A stretch of 64,000 nucleotides of DNA from Lama guanicoe (taxonomy: Eukaryota): contig MU055354.1 in assembly GCA_013239625.1 (NCBI GenBank), positions 620,001 through 684,000 on the forward strand, read 5' to 3'. Numbering within the stretch: position 1 is the stretch's first letter; every line of letters starts with the position of its first letter. Under the pieces are notes generated by a model. The model was not told where the DNA came from, did not search any database, and worked only from the letters and a program-made list of their open reading frames with translations. Below, in pieces: positions 59,532 through 64,000 of this stretch. The translations under genes and the position numbers were made by a program.

Positions 59532-62500
59532 TCAGCCCCAGGGGCGGGGCCTGTGATCCGAGGCCGAGCGGGCGTGGTCGGGGTAGTCAAGGCGGCTCTC
59601 GGAGGCGGTGAGCATGCGTTCGGGCTCCACCACGAACATGTAGTAAAGGTTCCACACCAGCATGGACAGCAGGGGCAGGAACGTCAGGCCGTAGCCAAAG
59701 CCTCGGAAGGAACGGCCCACGGCGAGGGTCAGCCAGTATATAAGCCTGGGAGGCAAGAAAAGATCGGGCTTTCTTTGAGGGAAGTGGGTCTGCTAACTGG
59801 CAACAGGCTGAGGATGGGGGGAGTAGAAAGTGAGGGAGCAGATGGGCGTTGGTGGGCATGACAGATGCTTCTAAAAACAGCCAGTGTTTATGTACTTATT
59901 ATGTGCCAGGCACAGTGCTGACTACTTTGGGGGCACTATTTAATTTAGACCCCCATATCTCAGAAGTGAATATATTATTCACTTCCCTCTTTTTTTTTCA
60001 CTTTTCAAATTTTAATTTAAAATGTTTGAATAGGCAATGTAAGTTCACATGGTTCAAAATTCAAAGATTCCAGTGAGTATAGTAAAATGTCTTCCTCCCT
60101 TTACTGATTCCCAGCTGCCCCATCCTCTTCCCTCACTTCCCCACCTCGATTCCACTCCCATCCGAGACATCCAATGTTGTGGTTTCTTGTGCATCATGAT
60201 GCTTTATGTATATATGAACAAAAAATGTTTGTTTTCTCTTTACCCCTTTTTTGAAATTTGGTAGCATACTATATATAGAGACTGTTTTGCACATTGATTT
60301 TTTTCCCATTTACTGTATGTTGGAGATAATGTTGTATCAGTATAGAAACAGATTTTTCATACTTTTACAGCTGCAGTTTATTCCATTGTATTTATTTCCC
60401 CTTTTGCAGATGAAACTAAGATTCCAAAGGGGTTAAGCAAGACTGGTCCAAAGTCGCACATTGGGGAAATAGTAAAACTGTGATTTGAACCCATGCCTGT
60501 TCATCACCCTCCTCTCCTGCCATTTTAGACAAGCTGAGGGAAAGAAGAGAGGATGAAGCAAGCTTCAAGAGAGCCTGAAGCCCAGAAAGATGGATCAGGC
60601 ACAACCAAATTTCCTTTCTTGGAAGATCCACTCAGAATACACATCCCTTCATTGGGGGGAGGGCAGCAGCTTCCTCTTAATATATGAAGGACCACTTACT
60701 ACAAAATTGAGGTACCTTTTTTTTTCACCTGTGAAACAGAGGTTAGAGTAACTGCAGCCTCTCTACTGTACTAGGAAGCAGTTTGGCATAATGGTAATAA
60801 ACGTTCATATTCAGTGAACCCTTACCAAGTACCAGACTATTGTAAGCACTCTACATGAATTAACTCACTTAATCTTCACAATAACTCCATTTTATAGATA
60901 ATGAAACCGAGGCACAAAAGCTTAAGTAACTTGCCCAAGGTAGAGAAGAAAGGACCCTGGATGAGAGAGGGAAGGGACACGGGTTCTAGTTCTGCCACTG
61001 CTGCTGACTGAACTATGCAACTCTTCTCCCCGGTCTGTAGTGACTTCCTCTCTGTAAAGTGGATGAATGGACCAGACAGTTGCTGAGTCTTCTTTTAGCT
61101 CCCTGATGATTCTTACTGCTTAAGCCAACTTCTTTCTAAGACCGTCAGAGAGAGATGTGAGGTTGAGTTACATGAGCAGGAACATACTTATCTTTGGAAA
61201 CATCTATCGGGGGAACATACAGGGCGGTATGATGGTCAGGAGGCTGGTGGGAGAGATGACCACCAGACTACACTCAGAAGTGTCAGGAAGACAGATTTTA
61301 GCTCAATAGGAAGAATGTTTTAGCAGTAAAAGCTACCTGCTAATCTATATGGGAAGTAACAAAAGGAAATGTATTAGGAGAAAAAAATGGAAAGACTTGC
61401 ATTGGGCTTCAGAAATTCAAAGGTGCCTTGTGGGTTAACAGTAGTTCACATGAAAATACCTCTAAGGATTTCATGTGACGACAAATTCTAAATGGAAGGA
61501 GAGTAATAAGGCTGCTGTGAGGCTTAACATGGCCTTGGTTTGTATGAACAGGACAATACTCTTGAACAGCCCCCCCACCCCCACAATTGACAAGCAGGAC
61601 AATTTCCTGCCCAGACAGGAGGACCCAGGACAGTGAAGGGACCAGGGCTACTTAGAAAAGTAAACACTGAGGGAGCAGAGTGCTGGAGTCAGGGAATTGA
61701 GAACTGTTGTCAATCAAATATCTGAATTTGTCTAGGCACTTTCAGAGGTCAGAATCAGGGCAGCAGTTTTTAGCACAACGTAAAGAAGAACCTTCTAATA
61801 ATTAGGATTTTTGAAAAATGAAACAGATTGCCTTATAAAGAACTAAGCAGTTGGTCACAGAGGATGCTCAACTAGAGGCCAACAGCCACCAGACCGGAGT
61901 GCCACTGAGGAGTGCTGCAATGGGTGGGACGTTGGTCTAGGTGACACCTGAAAGCCCTTCCTGTTCTAGGTTTGCATGTGTCATAATGAAAGACATATGA
62001 GCTGATCACCTGCTGCCAGGTGAGGTAAGTTACAATGGAGAAAGTGGACTTATATTTCCAGGGCTCATTTGGGCTGATGCAGAATTCAGAAAGCTCCCTG
62101 TCCCGGGCTCTCCAGACATTCTGATGCCCGGGTCCCTCTAGCACCACCACCTCCCCTGTGCCCCACCCCCAGCCCCAACTCACCGGGAGATGGCAAAGAG
62201 ACCAGTGAGCAGAGGGAGCAGTTTGAGGGTGTCTTGGGGCAGGTAGGTGGAAAGCACAGCCAGGTTAAAGAAGTAGAGGATGAAGAGCTGGACTGACTGG
62301 GCCACATATCGCCGGTGGAGCTCCACCTCCCGCCGTGGCTCCCCAAAGGGCCGTAAGGCAGAAAAACACAGCAGGCTCAGCCCATGCACCAGGATCCCTG
62401 GGTGGGGTTGGAGAGCACAGAGGATCAGGAGAGGGGTGGCAGGCAGGAAGCAGGGACAGGGTTTGTGGTGGAGAGGGCACGGGCATGGGCTCGACGCCGT

Positions 62501-63429
62501 GGGGCTGAGGTGGTCCTGGGAGGAGGCGGGCACACAGGGTGACAGGGTGTGGGAGTCCCTGAGGGTCCAGGTCTAGTGAAGGGAAGCTCCTGTTCCCCAA
62601 GCCAAGCGGGCCCTGCCCTCCAGCCCAGCTCCCAGATGCGCCCTCCCATCTCACAGGGCCCAGGCTCACCCAGCACAATGGGGAAGGTGGCAAAGACCCC
62701 GCAGCGCAGCGTGTAGACGAGGCGGGAACTCATGGTGGGCAGTCGTGGGGCATCGAAGGGCAGGAAGGCATATGCCCCGTACAGCAGGCAGGGGAAGAGG
62801 ACGAGGGCGGCTCCCACTGAGGCCACGGCCCTCAGCCCCTCACGGCCTCCACAGCCCCTGCAGCCCCCACAGGAGCGGCCAGGCGGCCTCACCACTGCCT
62901 CGGCCCACTTGCACTCTGGGGGCGCAGGGTGGGTGGCCCGGGGGGACAGGAAGGCCCGGCGGCGCTCGCCCTCGCTCGCCTCACAGCGCACAACGAGGTC
63001 CTCCTGCGGCCGCCGCTCAATGCACTGTAGGTCAATGGGCACGAAGGCCCGGGCCGCCTTCTCAGGCAGCAGGCTGGCATCATCTTCAGGCGACTCCTCT
63101 AGCTTGGTGGGTGGCTGTGACTCCAGGGGCTCAGGCTCAATGTCCCTCCAGCCGGGGGGATCTGGGAATGGGGCACTGGGCTGGGGGCCAGTCCCCCAGG
63201 GCAAGGTGGCAGCCTCACTTACTGTGCTGTCTAGACCATCCTCAGTCCCCTCTCCAGCTATGGGAGACCCAGCTGAAGACCCTACTTTGGAGGACTCAGC
63301 TCCGAGAGACTCAGCCCCACCTTCTCCTTCTGGCTTCCGGCCATTGGGGACCAAGGCCTGGGGTGGGCTCTTCTCCAAAGCCTCAGGCGCCTTCACTTCC
63401 ATCAGGGCCAGGGTCTCCGGTTCTGTCAT
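59532..63429 (-). CDS. TMEM79: Transmembrane protein 79 (mattrin), 3 coding exons, 395 aa; non-coding first exon not identified in the window
   Basis: Exons (minus): 62670-63429 (acceptor AG at 63471-63470, upstream of the ATG), 62184-62397, 59532-59745; total 1188 nt. Translation: [13 protein letters not shown]...[12 protein letters not shown]...[17 protein letters not shown]...[12 protein letters not shown]...RPRPWG*. Confidence 0.97.
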
Positions 63430-64000
63430 CCTGGAGCACTTTGGGGGTCTACTGCAAGGTCGTGTCACCCTGAAGGGAGCAGAGGAAAGCTCTGTCAGAT
63501 GCTGCTGTCCTCTGGCCCTCAGGATGGGTTGATAGAATTGGAACTCTCCAGGACAGCTGGCCTCATGGGCTTTAGCCCCTTCTGGGTCATTAAGGAGAAC
63601 ATAGTCCAAGGGAAGGTGTTGAAACAGAGGGAGGCAAGAGGGAAGTGAGCAGCTGAAACGGAGGCACCGTTTCGACATCGAATACTATTCAGCAGCAGAG
63701 GGTGAGCTGGGGGCACAGGCTCTGGCAGCTGTGGCCTCAGCCAGCCTCCACCTATGCCTTCTACCCACCTCCACCAAAACCTCTGGGGTCATGGCCACCC
63801 TAATACAGGAATGGGAAGAAAAGGAGGTGTCTAGAACTTTGCCAAGGGCTTTTTTCCCACTAAGGTTCTTCTTGTGGCCAGAGAAGCTACCCTTTCACCT
63901 CCAAATCTCCCCTTCTCCTCACAAATCCCCAGTTAGAACTCCCCTGGCAATTGATACCACCATTGATTTGCCAACAAATCTACCCCAAAGAGCTGGCAGT

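Noticed and set aside
62732-63532. 266-aa and 242-aa ORFs antisense to TMEM79
   Set aside because: Shadow ORFs of a GC-rich exon; low complexity, no recognisable domain.
62425-63678. 417-aa ORF suggesting an N- and C-terminally extended TMEM79
   Set aside because: It runs through the acceptor at 63470 and the donor at 62669; the extensions are intronic or UTR sequence.
1-64000. CRISPR arrays, operons or other prokaryotic systems
   Set aside because: The sequence is mammalian, with spliceosomal introns and SINE/LINE/LTR repeats; there is no repeat-spacer array.

Overview
Mammalian genomic DNA, most likely a camelid: it carries four tRNA-Ala-derived vic-1-type SINEs and no Alu, B1, Bov-tA or PRE-1 copies that I could recognise. 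It is syntenic with human 1q22 in reverse orientation. Five spliced genes were reconstructed by hand from GT-AG boundaries: RHBG (- strand, 10 exons, 458 aa), TSACC (-, 3 coding exons, ~125 aa), CCT3 (+, 14 exons, 545 aa expected, exon 12 partly in an N gap), GLMP (+, 6 exons, 406 aa) and TMEM79 (-, 3 coding exons, 395 aa). The first ~14 kb is non-coding. By synteny it faces MIR9-1/MIR9-1HG, but the miR-9 hairpin is not in the window. This stretch holds several neural-type motif modules: a 25-bp E-box plus double-GGATTA element present twice, a triplicated POU/E-box unit, an orphan CpG island with RBPJ-octamer-SOX sites, and paired SOX-like palindromes. Reverse-oriented CTCF sites close it off on the right. 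Other items: an ATP5MJ/MP68 processed pseudogene with a 13-bp TSD, a solo ERV1-type LTR that could splice in frame into GLMP exon 2, a shifted TSACC splice acceptor, an inverted SINE pair in RHBG intron 8, and a hexamer repeat just upstream of the RHBG ATG. I found no convincing wholly new system; the regulatory hypotheses are motif-level inferences. Almost all ORFs in the supplied track are spurious. Comparisons with human proteins and repeat consensuses are from memory, not from alignments.
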